64,000 bases of DNA. Source: an uncultured Candidatus Rokubacteria bacterium. Its GTDB lineage: Bacteria > Methylomirabilota > Methylomirabilia > Rokubacteriales > CSP1-6. Location: contig CAVWFS010000019.1 of the NCBI GenBank assembly GCA_963754315.1, forward strand, positions 32,001 through 96,000. The letters are read 5' to 3'. Shown piece after piece: positions 1 through 9,238 of the stretch. The notes beneath the pieces are model-generated. The model saw only the letters and a list, made by a program, of their open reading frames with translations. It made no database searches and was not told the origin of the DNA. A program made the position numbers and the translations under genes. Each line of letters opens with the position of its first letter. Position 1 is the first letter of the stretch.

Positions 1-881
1 ACATCCTCTACAAGAACAAGAGCACCAAGGCTGCCTATCAGTTGTTCATTCTCCGTCGCCTGGAGCGGCTGTGCTTACGGTGGCGCCCTCATCTCGTCCT
101 CGTGCTCAAGGGGGGGCCGATCACTCCGGGCCTCATCCGGCGGGTGAAGGCACGCACGGACACGTTGTTCCTCAACGTCTTTCCGGACAATCCGCTCTGG
201 ATGATCCCCTTCGAGCACATCGAGCCCTACGACGTCTTCTTCACGAAGGAACGATACGCCATGCGCGAGCTGCAGCTGGCGGGGCTCCGAAATCTCTACT
301 ACCTTCCCCTCTACTGCGTACCCTCCTTCCAGCATCCGGTGGCGCTTTCGCCGGAGGAGGCCTCCCGTCTCGAAGGCACCGTAGCTCTCGTGGGACGTCA
401 CTATCCCTTTCGGGAGCGCTTCGTGCGTGAGCTGACGGATTACCCGCTCCGCGTGTGGGGACCCGGCTGGGAGCACGTCACCGATCACCGCGTCCGCTCG
501 GTGGTCGCGGGGGGAGCGGTGTGGGGACGCGCCAAATTCGCGATCTATTCGGGAGCGGCCCTCTCCCTCAACCTTCATCACCCCATGAACGATGTGGTCG
601 GCGTGAACATTCGCACGTTCGAACTGGCCGCCGCCGGCGCCTGTCAGGTCGTCGATCTCAAGGAGGACCTCGGCGCGCTCTTCAAGCCGGGAGAGGAGAT
701 GATCACGTTCCGGGATCTCGGCGAGCTCAAGCGTCAGCTCGCCGCCCACCTCGCCCATCCGGAGGAAGCGCGCGCCATCGGCGAGAACGCGCGGCGGCGG
801 GCCCTGGCCGAGCACACCCTGCGCCATCGTTTGGAGGAGATCGTCTTCGCCGTCGAGGAGCGCTTCGGGCGCCGGACGTGA
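1..881 (+). CDS. CgeB-family glycosyltransferase (5' truncated by window edge)
   Basis: Frame open from position 3; C-terminal NIRTFELAAAGAC..F.PGEE..ARAIGENARRRALAEHT matches the CgeB/Glyco_trans_1_2 pattern. Confidence 0.8.
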   Translation, partial: ILYKNKSTKAAYQLFILRRLERLCLRWRPHLVLVLKGGPITPGLIRRVKARTDTLFLNVFPDNPLWMIPFEHIEPYDVFFTKERYAMRELQLAGLRNLYYLPLYCVPSFQHPVALSPEEASRLEGTVALVGRHYPFRERFVRELTDYPLRVWGPGWEHVTDHRVRSVVAGGAVWGRAKFAIYSGAALSLNLHHPMNDVVGVNIRTFELAAAGACQVVDLKEDLGALFKPGEEMITFRDLGELKRQLAAHLAHPEEARAIGENARRRALAEHTLRHRLEEIVFAVEERFGRRT

Positions 882-2116
882 CGAATTCGCTCGCGCAGGG
901 CCTCGCCTGTATCGAGTGCCCGAAGACATTCCCTCTCACCTATCGGTTACAGTGTGCGTCGTGCGGCGGGCTTCTGGAAATCTACTACGACCTCGACATC
1001 ATGCGCCAGCGCGGTCCAGCTCTCCTGGCCGGCCGCGGTCTCTGGCGTTATGCCGCCGTGCTTCCGGTGGTCGACCCGTCCCATCGCATCACGCTCGGCG
1101 AGGGAGCGACCCCGTACCTCGAGTGTCCGCGGCTGGCGGCAGATCTCGGAGTGCGGGCCCTGGCCGTCAAGTTCGAGGGCGCCAATCCGACCGGCAGCGT
1201 GAAAGACCGCACCTCGGCGACCGCCGTCGGGGCCGCTCGCGCGTTCGGTTTCGAGGCGGTCTCCGTCGTCAGCACCGGTAACGCCGGCTCCTCGGTGGCG
1301 GCTTACGCGACGCGCGCCGGGCTGCGCGCCTTCATCTTCGCCTACGAACGCGCCTCAGCCCCAAAGCTGCTTCACATGGCCGCCACCGCTTCCGATCTCA
1401 TTCTCTACACCGGCGTTTACGATGACCTCATCGGCCATTGGGATCGGCTGGTCGACGATGGTCTCTTCTTCGACGCCGGCGCCTCCCGCAACCCGTACAA
1501 ACACGAGGGGAAGAAGACCTTGGCCTACGAGATCGCCGAGCAGAGTGGCTGGAATCCCCCCGACGTGCTGGTGGCGCCGGTCGCGGTGGGGGAGACGTTC
1601 ATCGCCACTGCCCGCGGCTTCCGCGAACTCCGTCAGGCCGGCTGGATAACCCGCGTCCCGTCATTGATCGCGGCCCAAGCCACACGGGCGAACGCCATCA
1701 GCCGCGCGCACACAGCCGGAATGCCGCTCAGGCCGATCAAGATCGGATATACGGTCGCCGAGGGACTGGCCGCGGGGAATCCGGGGCGCAAGGGAGAGTG
1801 GGTTCTCAGATGGCTCCGCGAGCAGAACGGTCTCGCCGCCGACGTCGAGGACGAGGACATCCTCGCGGCGCAGCGACGCCTGGCTCGGAGCGAAGGGATC
1901 TGGGCCGGCCCAACCGGAGTCGCCCCCCTCGCTGTCCTGATCAAACTACTCGCCGAGAAACGTGTGGACCCCGGGCAGCGCTTCGGCATCATCGTCACCG
2001 AGACCGGCCTCAAGTCCGAGGCGGCCCTGCCCACCCGGCAGGGCGTCGCCTACGACTATGCATCCCTCCGCCGACTGGTCGAGCAACGACTGCGCAGCCC
2101 CGTGACGTCGCCCTAA
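878..2116 (+). CDS. Threonine synthase-like PLP-dependent enzyme (fold type II)
   Basis: GTG start overlaps upstream TGA; CxxC..CxxC N-terminus, LGEGATP, KFEGANPTGSVKDR, STGNAG, EGKKT. Confidence 0.8.
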   Translation: MTNSLAQGLACIECPKTFPLTYRLQCASCGGLLEIYYDLDIMRQRGPALLAGRGLWRYAAVLPVVDPSHRITLGEGATPYLECPRLAADLGVRALAVKFEGANPTGSVKDRTSATAVGAARAFGFEAVSVVSTGNAGSSVAAYATRAGLRAFIFAYERASAPKLLHMAATASDLILYTGVYDDLIGHWDRLVDDGLFFDAGASRNPYKHEGKKTLAYEIAEQSGWNPPDVLVAPVAVGETFIATARGFRELRQAGWITRVPSLIAAQATRANAISRAHTAGMPLRPIKIGYTVAEGLAAGNPGRKGEWVLRWLREQNGLAADVEDEDILAAQRRLARSEGIWAGPTGVAPLAVLIKLLAEKRVDPGQRFGIIVTETGLKSEAALPTRQGVAYDYASLRRLVEQRLRSPVTSP

Positions 2117-2120
2117 GCCG

Positions 2121-2708
2121 TTGCCTCTCGAGCGAGCGTTCTATCTTCGATCCGCGCCCATGGTGGCCCGCGATCTTCTGGGCTGTTTGCTCGTCGCGCG
2201 CCACGGTCCCATCCTGACGGCCGGTCGTATCGTGGAGACAGAGGCATATCTCGGACCCGAGGACGGGGCCTCGCATGCTGCTTTCCGGCCGAGCAGTCAG
2301 GCGCTCTTCTATGGGCCCGGCGGCTTCGCCTACGTCTATCAAGCGTATGGGCTTCACTACTGTCTGAACGCCATCGCCGACCGAGCGGGTCGACCCGGCT
2401 GCGTGTTGATCCGGGCACTCGAGCCGGTTGAGGGCATGGCGGTCATGGCGCAGCGACGGGACCTACCTCCCAACTCACCACGCCTGGTGAGCGGCCCGGG
2501 CAATCTCACCCGCGCCCTCGGGATCACCCGGCGCCAGAACGGCGCCGACCTCACGGCTGGGCCCCTCATCATCGAGCCCAGGACGGTTCGCCCTCGGGTC
2601 GTCAGCGGTCCCCGCATCGGAATCACACGGGCCATGCACCTCCCTCTACGCTTCTGGATCGCCGGCAGTCGTTACGTCACGGGGAATCGGCGTTGCCGAT
2701 CCGGATAA
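2121..2708 (+). CDS. DNA-3-methyladenine glycosylase (MPG/AAG family)
   Basis: VARDLLG, GRIVETEAYLG, AYVY..YG.HYCLN, VLIRALEP, GPRIGI. Confidence 0.9.
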   Translation: MPLERAFYLRSAPMVARDLLGCLLVARHGPILTAGRIVETEAYLGPEDGASHAAFRPSSQALFYGPGGFAYVYQAYGLHYCLNAIADRAGRPGCVLIRALEPVEGMAVMAQRRDLPPNSPRLVSGPGNLTRALGITRRQNGADLTAGPLIIEPRTVRPRVVSGPRIGITRAMHLPLRFWIAGSRYVTGNRRCRSG

Positions 2709-2784
2709 GGAAGGGCTTGGCTCGAGAACTTTCTCCGCATGAGGGCGCTGTGAATCCAAGATCCCGATTTTTCGGGCCATTTTG

Positions 2785-2814
2785 TTGACACCTTTCGACG
2801 CCGGTGGGTATGAT
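2785..2814 (+). promoter_or_regulatory. Sigma70-type promoter of tol-pal operon
   Basis: TTGACA-N18-TATGAT in AT-richer gap upstream of tolQ. Confidence 0.7.
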
Positions 2815-2840
2815 GCTCAAAAGCCTATGAGGAAACGAGA

Positions 2841-3566
2841 GTGCCCGCCGAGAACCTGAGCGCAAGCGTCTTCGACCTCCTGCTGAGCGCGGGGCCCGTC
2901 GCCAAAGCTGTCCTCGCCGTCCTCCTGCTCTTCTCGATCGTGAGCTGGGCGCTCATCGTCGAGAAATGGTGGCAGTTCCGCCGCGTGCGGGGGCAGAGTG
3001 TGGCCTTTCTCAGGATCTTCCGGGAGGGTCGTCGGCCCTCGGCCGTGATGGGCGCCGCGCGCAAGCTGCGCGAAAGCCCGCTCGCCAACCTCTACCTCGC
3101 GGGGTACCACGAGGTGGCGGGGATCTCCGAGATTGCCGACCGAGTCCTTGACGAGGCCGAAGAAGGGTTGCCGCCCGACCGTCTCGACTTTGCTCAGCGC
3201 GCCCTGCGGCGGACGGCTGGCCATGAGGTAATGCGTCTCGAACGATACTTGCCGTTCCTGGCCACCACGGCCAGCGTGACTCCTTTCATCGGTCTCTTCG
3301 GAACGGTGTGGGGAGTCATCACCGCCTTCCACGGAATAGGCCAGCAGGGATCGGCCAGCTTGGCGGTGGTGGCTCCGGGAATCTCCGAGGCGCTCATCGC
3401 GACCGCGGCCGGCCTGGGGGCTGCCATCCCCGCCGTAATCGGCTACAACTTCTACCTGAACCGTGTGCGCCACTGGGCCACGGAGATGGACGGGTTCATC
3501 CTCGACCTCCTCAATCTCCTGAGCCGTCCTGCGCCCAGGATGGCGCGTCCCGCCAAGGATGTTTAA
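2841..3566 (+). CDS. tolQ: TolQ (MotA/TolQ/ExbB family)
   Basis: LATTASVTPFIGLFGTVWGV, VAPGISEALIATAAGL; tol operon context. Confidence 0.9.
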   Translation: MPAENLSASVFDLLLSAGPVAKAVLAVLLLFSIVSWALIVEKWWQFRRVRGQSVAFLRIFREGRRPSAVMGAARKLRESPLANLYLAGYHEVAGISEIADRVLDEAEEGLPPDRLDFAQRALRRTAGHEVMRLERYLPFLATTASVTPFIGLFGTVWGVITAFHGIGQQGSASLAVVAPGISEALIATAAGLGAAIPAVIGYNFYLNRVRHWATEMDGFILDLLNLLSRPAPRMARPAKDV

Positions 3567-3984
3567 GCCCGAAGCGACCGGCAGCGGCGACCGCACGAGC
3601 TCCTCGCTGGCCGAGATCAACATCATCCCGCTCGTCGACGTGGTGCTGGTGCTCCTGCTCATCTTCATGCTGACGGCGCCCATGATGTACCGCGGGATCG
3701 ACGTTAATCTCCCGAAGGCCTCTGCGAAGCCTACCGCCGTGGAGGAGCGGATGGTCCTCACCGTGACCAAGGACCGAACGCTCTACTTGAACGAAAAGCC
3801 CGTTCCTGCCGCCACCCTCGACACTCAGCTGGCGTCTGCGTTTCGCGACCGCAAGGACAAGACGCTCTATCTGAAGGCTGACGCCGGCCTGCCCTATGGC
3901 GCTGTGGTTGAGACAATGGATCGAGTTCGGCGGGCGGGCATCGAACGGCTCGGCATGGTCACGGAGCCCGCGCGCGGGCAATGA
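3559..3984 (+). CDS. tolR: TolR (ExbD/TolR family)
   Basis: EINIIPLVDVVLVLLLIFMLTAP; follows tolQ. Confidence 0.9.
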   Translation: MFKPEATGSGDRTSSSLAEINIIPLVDVVLVLLLIFMLTAPMMYRGIDVNLPKASAKPTAVEERMVLTVTKDRTLYLNEKPVPAATLDTQLASAFRDRKDKTLYLKADAGLPYGAVVETMDRVRRAGIERLGMVTEPARGQ

Positions 3985-3997
3985 TGCGGGGCTGCTG

Positions 3998-4880
3998 ATG
4001 GTCGCCACGGCGACGATCCGGATGCCTCCCCGATCCTTCCGCGGGCCTGCCATTGTGCGGGCGTCGTGGCCGCTCAGGAGCATCGTGCTCTCGGCGCTCG
4101 TGCATGGCGTAGGCGTCGCGCTGGTGGTGATCGCGGCGCTCTGGTGGCGCCCCGAGCCCACCAAGGCCTACGTCGTCAATCTCGTGCCCGCCGTGCCAGC
4201 TCAGGGAAGTCCGACCGGTCAGACGATTACCCCCACAGCACCTCAGCGGGCCGTCGAGCCCGCGCCTCCGCCCAAGCCGGAAAGGGTCACGTCTCCGCCA
4301 CCCGACCTGCCCGTTCGTGAGGTGGCGCCCAAGCCGTCGCGGGCCGTCACCTTGCCGGATCTTCCCGCCCGATCTGCGCCGCAAACTCCCCGAGATGCCA
4401 GCGCGGGAGTTACCGCGTGTTGCGGCCAAACCTGGGCAAAAGGAACTGCCTGCGCTGGCGCCACCGTCGCTTCCTGGGCGGACCGGTCCCATCACAGCGT
4501 CTCGCGAGGCGGCCCCGCCGCCACCCCCAACCCCGCTCGGCAGACCAACGGGCGTGGCCCAGGGCAGTGGCGCCGCGGCGAGCGCCGAAGGAGATTTCCC
4601 GTTCCAGTGGTACCTCACGGCTGTCCAGCGGAAGGTCTACGAGCAGTGGACACAGCCGCTCAACAGCGCGCAGGGGCAAAAAGCGGTCGTCGTATTCGAG
4701 ATCGCCCGCAACGGCGAGGTTGGCCGTGCGCGTGTCGAGAAAACATCAGGCGATCCCACGTACGATCTGGCCGCCCTGCGCGCGGTCACCAACGCCAACC
4801 CGCTTCCCCCGCTGCCCGAGCAGTACAAGGGGACCATGCTCCGAGTACACTTTGGTTTTGAGTTCACCGGGCGCGGTTAA
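3998..4880 (+). CDS. tolA: TolA/TonB-family protein, apparent +1 frameshift near 4382
   Basis: N-terminal TM with SxxxH (SALVH) and Pro-rich linker in one frame; TonB_C-like domain (YLTAVQRKV..YDLAALRAV..PLPPLP) in the next frame. Confidence 0.75.
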
Positions 4881-4904
4881 CTGTCGACTCGTCGAGGGGT
4901 TATC

Positions 4905-6230
4905 GTGACAATACGTCGGATCGTGCTCATCGGTCTTTGCCTGTCTGTCGTGGCGCTCCCGCTCGTCCTGACGCGGCCGCCCGCCCCCCGTGCTCAGGGT
5001 GTTGACGTCTTCCTCAATGTCACGGGAGGCGGGGCCAAGAAGCTCAACATCGCCATTCCCGAGTTCACGCTCGTGTCTGGCGCCGACTCGGCGGGTGCCG
5101 CCAAGTCGGTGGCCAGCATCATCGGAGCCGACCTGACCTTCTCGGGATTGTTCCAGGTCGCCACCGCGACCGGTCCCCCTCCTCGCGACAACCCAGAAGC
5201 CCTCAGAAAGCTGTGGTCTGACTTCGCCGCGGCCGGCGCTCACGCGGGGCTGCACGGCCTCTTGACCGTGCGCGGTGATCGGCTCGAGGTCGAGGCGCGG
5301 CTGTACGACCTGACCTCGCCCGACCAGCGCGCGATCGCCGCCAAGAAGTTCAATCTGTCATCCGCCCAGATGCGGCGCCTCGCCCATCTGATCGCCGACG
5401 ATGTTGTGCTCCAGTTCACTGGCCAGCCCGGCATCGCCGACACCAAGGTGGCCTTCACGCGGGTCGCGGGCACCGCCAAGGAAATCTACGTGGCGGACTA
5501 CGACGGGGCGGGTCCGGCCCCCGTCACTCGAAACGGCTCGGTGAACCTCAGTCCGGCCTGGAGCCCTGACGTCCGCTCCCTCGCCTTTACCTCGTTCTCG
5601 CGCGGATATCCGGATCTCTACCGGGCCTTCCCGTTCGAGCGTCGGCCCGAGCAGGTGCTGGCGGCCTTCCAGGGTATCAATACCTCACCGGCGTTCAGCC
5701 CCGACGGTCAACGGGTGGCGTTGACGTTGTCCAAGGACGGCAACCCGGAGATCTACGTTCTTACCCTGGGGACTGGCGCCTTCCAGCGGCTCACGCGCCA
5801 CCCCGCCATCGACACAGAACCGAACTGGTCGCCCGACGGTCGGCAACTCGTGTTCATCTCCGACCGAGGGGGCTCGCCGCGCCTCTTCGTGATGGACACG
5901 GAAGGTGGCAGCCTCCGTCAACTGACGAATGGCGGTCACCACACCCAGCCGCGCTGGTCGCCCCGCGGGGACGTGATCGCCTTCACCGCGCGCGCGGGAG
6001 GCTTCCACATCTGGGCGGTCAACGCCGACGGCACGAACGCGCGGAAGCTGACCGAGGCGGGGGATAATCAAAGCGCCACCTGGTCGCCGGACGGGAGACA
6101 TTTGGCCTTTCAAACGAGCCGCCTCGGAGGGTGGCAGATCTTCGCGATGTTCCCCGACGGCTCCCAGCAGGCGCCGCTCATCCGTGGGGGAACGGATACA
6201 AGTCCGTCGTGGTCGTCACGTCTACCGTGA
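4905..6230 (+). CDS. tolB: TolB
   Basis: Signal peptide, TolB_N, repeated PD40 (P.WSPDG) propeller motifs. Confidence 0.92.
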   Translation: MTIRRIVLIGLCLSVVALPLVLTRPPAPRAQGVDVFLNVTGGGAKKLNIAIPEFTLVSGADSAGAAKSVASIIGADLTFSGLFQVATATGPPPRDNPEALRKLWSDFAAAGAHAGLHGLLTVRGDRLEVEARLYDLTSPDQRAIAAKKFNLSSAQMRRLAHLIADDVVLQFTGQPGIADTKVAFTRVAGTAKEIYVADYDGAGPAPVTRNGSVNLSPAWSPDVRSLAFTSFSRGYPDLYRAFPFERRPEQVLAAFQGINTSPAFSPDGQRVALTLSKDGNPEIYVLTLGTGAFQRLTRHPAIDTEPNWSPDGRQLVFISDRGGSPRLFVMDTEGGSLRQLTNGGHHTQPRWSPRGDVIAFTARAGGFHIWAVNADGTNARKLTEAGDNQSATWSPDGRHLAFQTSRLGGWQIFAMFPDGSQQAPLIRGGTDTSPSWSSRLP

Positions 6231-6278
6231 TAGGATCAAACTCGCTGCGAACAACTGCGCGTGTTACAAGGAGGCAAC

Positions 6279-6905
6279 ATGGTCACCCGGGCCTTCCACC
6301 TCGCGGCAGTCTCTCTCCTCGTCTCGGTCACGATTTTCGCTGGCTGCGCGAAGCGTCCCGCGATGACGCAGGCCTCGGCGCCTCCCCCCGCCGTCGCGCC
6401 GGCGCCCGTGGCCGCTCCGCCGCCTCCGCCGCCGCCTCCGCCAGTCGTCGTACAGGAGACGGTGAAGGAGACAGTCACGGTGACACCCATGCCGGCGCCA
6501 GCCACACCGGCTCCGGCCGCGCCAGCCCAACCCGCTCCGCGGCCAGCGCCGAAGGAGTTCGCGGTCAACCCGAACGTCAAGGACATCTTCTTCGACTTCG
6601 ACAAGTACAACATCCGTCCGGGTGACGCGAAGATCCTTGACGAAAACGCGGCGTGGCTGAAGGCGAACCCCGGTCAGCTGGTGCTGATCGAGGGGCACTG
6701 TGACGAGCGCGGCACGGTCGAGTACAACCTCGCGCTCGGCGAGCGGCGCGCAAAGGCGGCCATGAACTATCTGGTCGCCCAGGGCGTGCAGGCCAGCCGC
6801 TTCACGGTGATCAGCTACGGCAAGGAGCGCCCCTTCTGCAGGGAAAGCAATGAGGCATGCTGGGCACAGAACCGGCGCGACCACTTCTTGGTCAAAGCGC
6901 AGTAA
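6279..6905 (+). CDS. pal: Peptidoglycan-associated lipoprotein Pal with Pro-rich linker
   Basis: AGGAGG RBS, lipobox FAGC, IEGHCDERGTVEYNLALGERRA, SYGKERP, NRR. Confidence 0.95.
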   Translation: MVTRAFHLAAVSLLVSVTIFAGCAKRPAMTQASAPPPAVAPAPVAAPPPPPPPPPVVVQETVKETVTVTPMPAPATPAPAAPAQPAPRPAPKEFAVNPNVKDIFFDFDKYNIRPGDAKILDENAAWLKANPGQLVLIEGHCDERGTVEYNLALGERRAKAAMNYLVAQGVQASRFTVISYGKERPFCRESNEACWAQNRRDHFLVKAQ

Positions 6906-7894
6906 CGGCTGACCCCGCGGCGAGGAGAAGCGCGCTTCTCCTCGCCGCGACCCTCCTGCTCTGCGGTTGCACGAGCGTGGCCGAGGTCACGGGTACCGCC
7001 ACGCAGGAAGAGCTCATGCGAGTCCGGAGCGACGTTACCCGGCTCCAGCAATCTGTCCAGCGTTTGCAGGGGGGCGTCGAGGCAGGTGTCGCTGCCTCTA
7101 CCACACGGACGCGCGAGCAGGTCCAGCAGACAGAGCAACAGGTAGGTGCCCTGTCCCGGCGCCTGGAATCTCTCGCCACTTCTGTGACGACCCTCAGCGC
7201 TCGAGTCGACGAGCTGAGCACACGCCTGGATAGCCAGGCCCGACAATCACGCGCCGCGCCGCCGCCAGCGTTAGGGCGTCCAGCACCGAGTCCCCCGAGC
7301 GCGTCGGTGCCCCCAGCACCGAGTCCCCCGAGTGCGCCCGCGGCTCCAGCACCGAGTCCCCCGAGCGCAGCGGTGTCCCCTGCTCCGATTCCTCCGAGCG
7401 CATCAGTGGCTCCCGCCCCGAGCCCGCCCCCGGCGGGATCGGTATCGCCTGTTCCGCGGCCGACCAACGCCACAGCTCCCCAGGACGCCTACCAGGCCGC
7501 ATACATTGATTTCAGCAAGGGCAGTTACCCCATCGCCATCACGGGTTTTCGGGAATTCATACGGCGCTATCCCGACCATCCCCTGGCTGGAAGCGCGCAG
7601 TACTGGGTCGGTGAGGCCCAGCTGGGCCTCGCACGTGGTCAGGCCAACGCTGGGCAGACGGACAGGTCGACGCAGGCAATGGAGCAGGCGGTACTGGAGT
7701 TCAGGAGGGTCGTAGCGAACTACCCGCGGAGCGACAAAACTCCGTCCGCCCTCTACAAGGAGGCCCTGGTTCTCATCGAGCTGAAGCAGCCCGCAGTCGC
7801 CCAAGCTCGCCTTCAGTACCTGGTCGATAACTTCCCGCAGGCCGCGGAGACCATGCTCGCGCGCGAGAAGCTCGCTGCCCTCAAAGAGCGGTAG
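6902..7894 (+). CDS. cpoB: CpoB/YbgF TPR lipoprotein (start uncertain)
   Basis: Lipobox LCGC, coiled coil, Pro-rich linker, TPR (Y..A..F..G.Y..AI..F..F...YP...LA..AQYW.GE); follows pal. Confidence 0.8.
   Translation, partial: VTADPAARRSALLLAATLLLCGCTSVAEVTGTATQEELMRVRSDVTRLQQSVQRLQGGVEAGVAASTTRTREQVQQTEQQVGALSRRLESLATSVTTLSARVDELSTRLDSQARQSRAAPPPALGRPAPSPPSASVPPAPSPPSAPAAPAPSPPSAAVSPAPIPPSASVAPAPSPPPAGSVSPVPRPTNATAPQDAYQAAYIDFSKGSYPIAITGFREFIRRYPDHPLAGSAQYWVGEAQLGLARGQANAGQTDRSTQAMEQAVLEFRRVVANYPRSDKTPSALYKEALVLIELKQPAVAQARLQYLVDNFPQAAETMLAREKLAALKER
6916..6949. repeat. Perfect 34-bp palindrome just after pal stop
   Basis: CGCGGCGAGGAGAAGCG|CGCTTCTCCTCGCCGCG. Confidence 0.9.
7280..7432 (+). 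repeat. 33-bp intragenic tandem repeat, ~5 copies (PAPSPPSA.. linker)
   Basis: CCAGCACCGAGTCCCCCGAG at 7280, 7313, 7346; degenerate copies at 7379, 7412. Confidence 0.85.
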
Positions 7895-7913
7895 CTTAGC
7901 TCGTACGTTCCCT

Positions 7914-8047
7914 GGGTGCCCCGAGCATCGTGGCCTTGGGATGGCGGTTCGAGGCCCCACCACCGCTCGTATACCCGAGGGGCGCCACGGGTCCCCCGGG
8001 GTGCCCCGAGCATCGGGGGCTTGGGGGGCCAGTTCGGGGCCCCCCAA
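7914..8047 (-). repeat. Double-hairpin element, one full plus one degenerate copy (85-bp period)
   Basis: GGGTGCCCCGAGCATCG at 7914 and 7999; minus strand reads TTGGGGGGCCCCGAACTGGCCCCCCAAGCCCCCGATGCTCGGGG..GCGCCCCTCG. Confidence 0.8.
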
Positions 8048-8054
8048 CATAAAG

Positions 8055-8516
8055 TCAATCAGCAAACACCCACACCACAGCCACCTTGTCAGGTGTGTGG
8101 TACACCATCGTCCCCCCCGGATACTGGGTGTCAGCGGAGGTCACAACCACAGACTCCTCAGGCCCGAAGGGCCAGCTCCCGAACCACAGCACAAGGGACA
8201 AGGCCGCGGCGGCCACAGCCGTACCGCTGACTGCCCAGCGGGGGGTGGTCCAGCGCCGGCGAGCGGCCGCAATCGGTGACCGGGGGCGGTCCTCGACCCC
8301 CCGGACGATTCCGGGCCAGAAGGCGGTCCAGTCCGGCTCGGGGGGGGCCACCATGGCCTGGTGGAGCAAAGCCTGGAGGCGGCGAAGGGCATCGGCTTCC
8401 TTCCGACACCGCCCGCAGTTCCGCAGGTGCCGCTCGACCGTCCGGGAAGCGGCGTCATCCAGAGCGCCGTCGAGGTAGGATCCGAGCCGGCGACGCGAGA
8501 CGAGACAAATCACCAC
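8055..8516 (-). CDS. zf-HC2 (ZAS) anti-sigma-like membrane protein
   Basis: L.SYLDG.L, HLRNCGRC (HxxxCxxC), single TM. Confidence 0.75.
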   Translation of the reverse strand: MVICLVSRRRLGSYLDGALDDAASRTVERHLRNCGRCRKEADALRRLQALLHQAMVAPPEPDWTAFWPGIVRGVEDRPRSPIAAARRRWTTPRWAVSGTAVAAAALSLVLWFGSWPFGPEESVVVTSADTQYPGGTMVYHTPDKVAVVWVFAD

Positions 8517-8560
8517 GTCAGTTGGACGGCCCTGGCTAGGATCGTTATTCTCATGGGGTC

Positions 8561-9238
8561 ATGATAGCCGAGGCCGATCTGGCGTTCCTAACCCCCGATG
8601 GCATCACCCTGGAAGGCCGTATCGCGGTACCGCCGGGGGCCCCGGGAGGTATGGTGTTCTGTCACCCACACCCCCTCCATGGAGGGGACATGGACAACCC
8701 TGTCGTCATCCGATGCCAGGAGGTGTGTGCTGCCCTCGGGCTGGCCACCCTGCGCTTCAACTTTCGCGGAGTGGGGCGTTCGACAGGCTCCCATGCCGGC
8801 GGCGTCGCCGAGCGGCTCGACGTCGAGGCCGCCCTCACTGAGCTCCACAAAGCCCTGGGAAGGGACGAGATAGGACTGGTCGGATACTCCTTTGGAGCAG
8901 CGGTGGCCGCCCAGGTGGCCGCGACCGGAGCGAAGCTCGTGGGCCTGGGTCTGATCGCACCTCCGTTGGCGCTCGAGGACCTTGCCCTCCCACCTCCCCT
9001 AGGGGGGCTGTCGAGCTCCATCCTCATCGTGGCAGGCACCCAGGACCAGTACTGTCCACCGACGGCTCTGAAGAAGGTCTCCGAGCAGTTCGCAACTGCG
9101 CAGATTCGCATCGTGGAGGGCGCGAACCACTTCTTCTTCGGCAAGCTGTTTCCTCTCGGCGAAACGGTCGCAGCCTGGGTCCGGTCGGTCTTCGGGTTAG
9201 ACACGCGGGAGCCGGGGCGGGGTGGCGGTGCCAGCTGA
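8561..9238 (+). CDS. Alpha/beta hydrolase (COG2945-like)
   Basis: CHPHPLHGGDMDN, LRFNFRGVG.S, GYSFG, GANHFF. Confidence 0.85.
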   Translation: MIAEADLAFLTPDGITLEGRIAVPPGAPGGMVFCHPHPLHGGDMDNPVVIRCQEVCAALGLATLRFNFRGVGRSTGSHAGGVAERLDVEAALTELHKALGRDEIGLVGYSFGAAVAAQVAATGAKLVGLGLIAPPLALEDLALPPPLGGLSSSILIVAGTQDQYCPPTALKKVSEQFATAQIRIVEGANHFFFGKLFPLGETVAAWVRSVFGLDTREPGRGGGAS

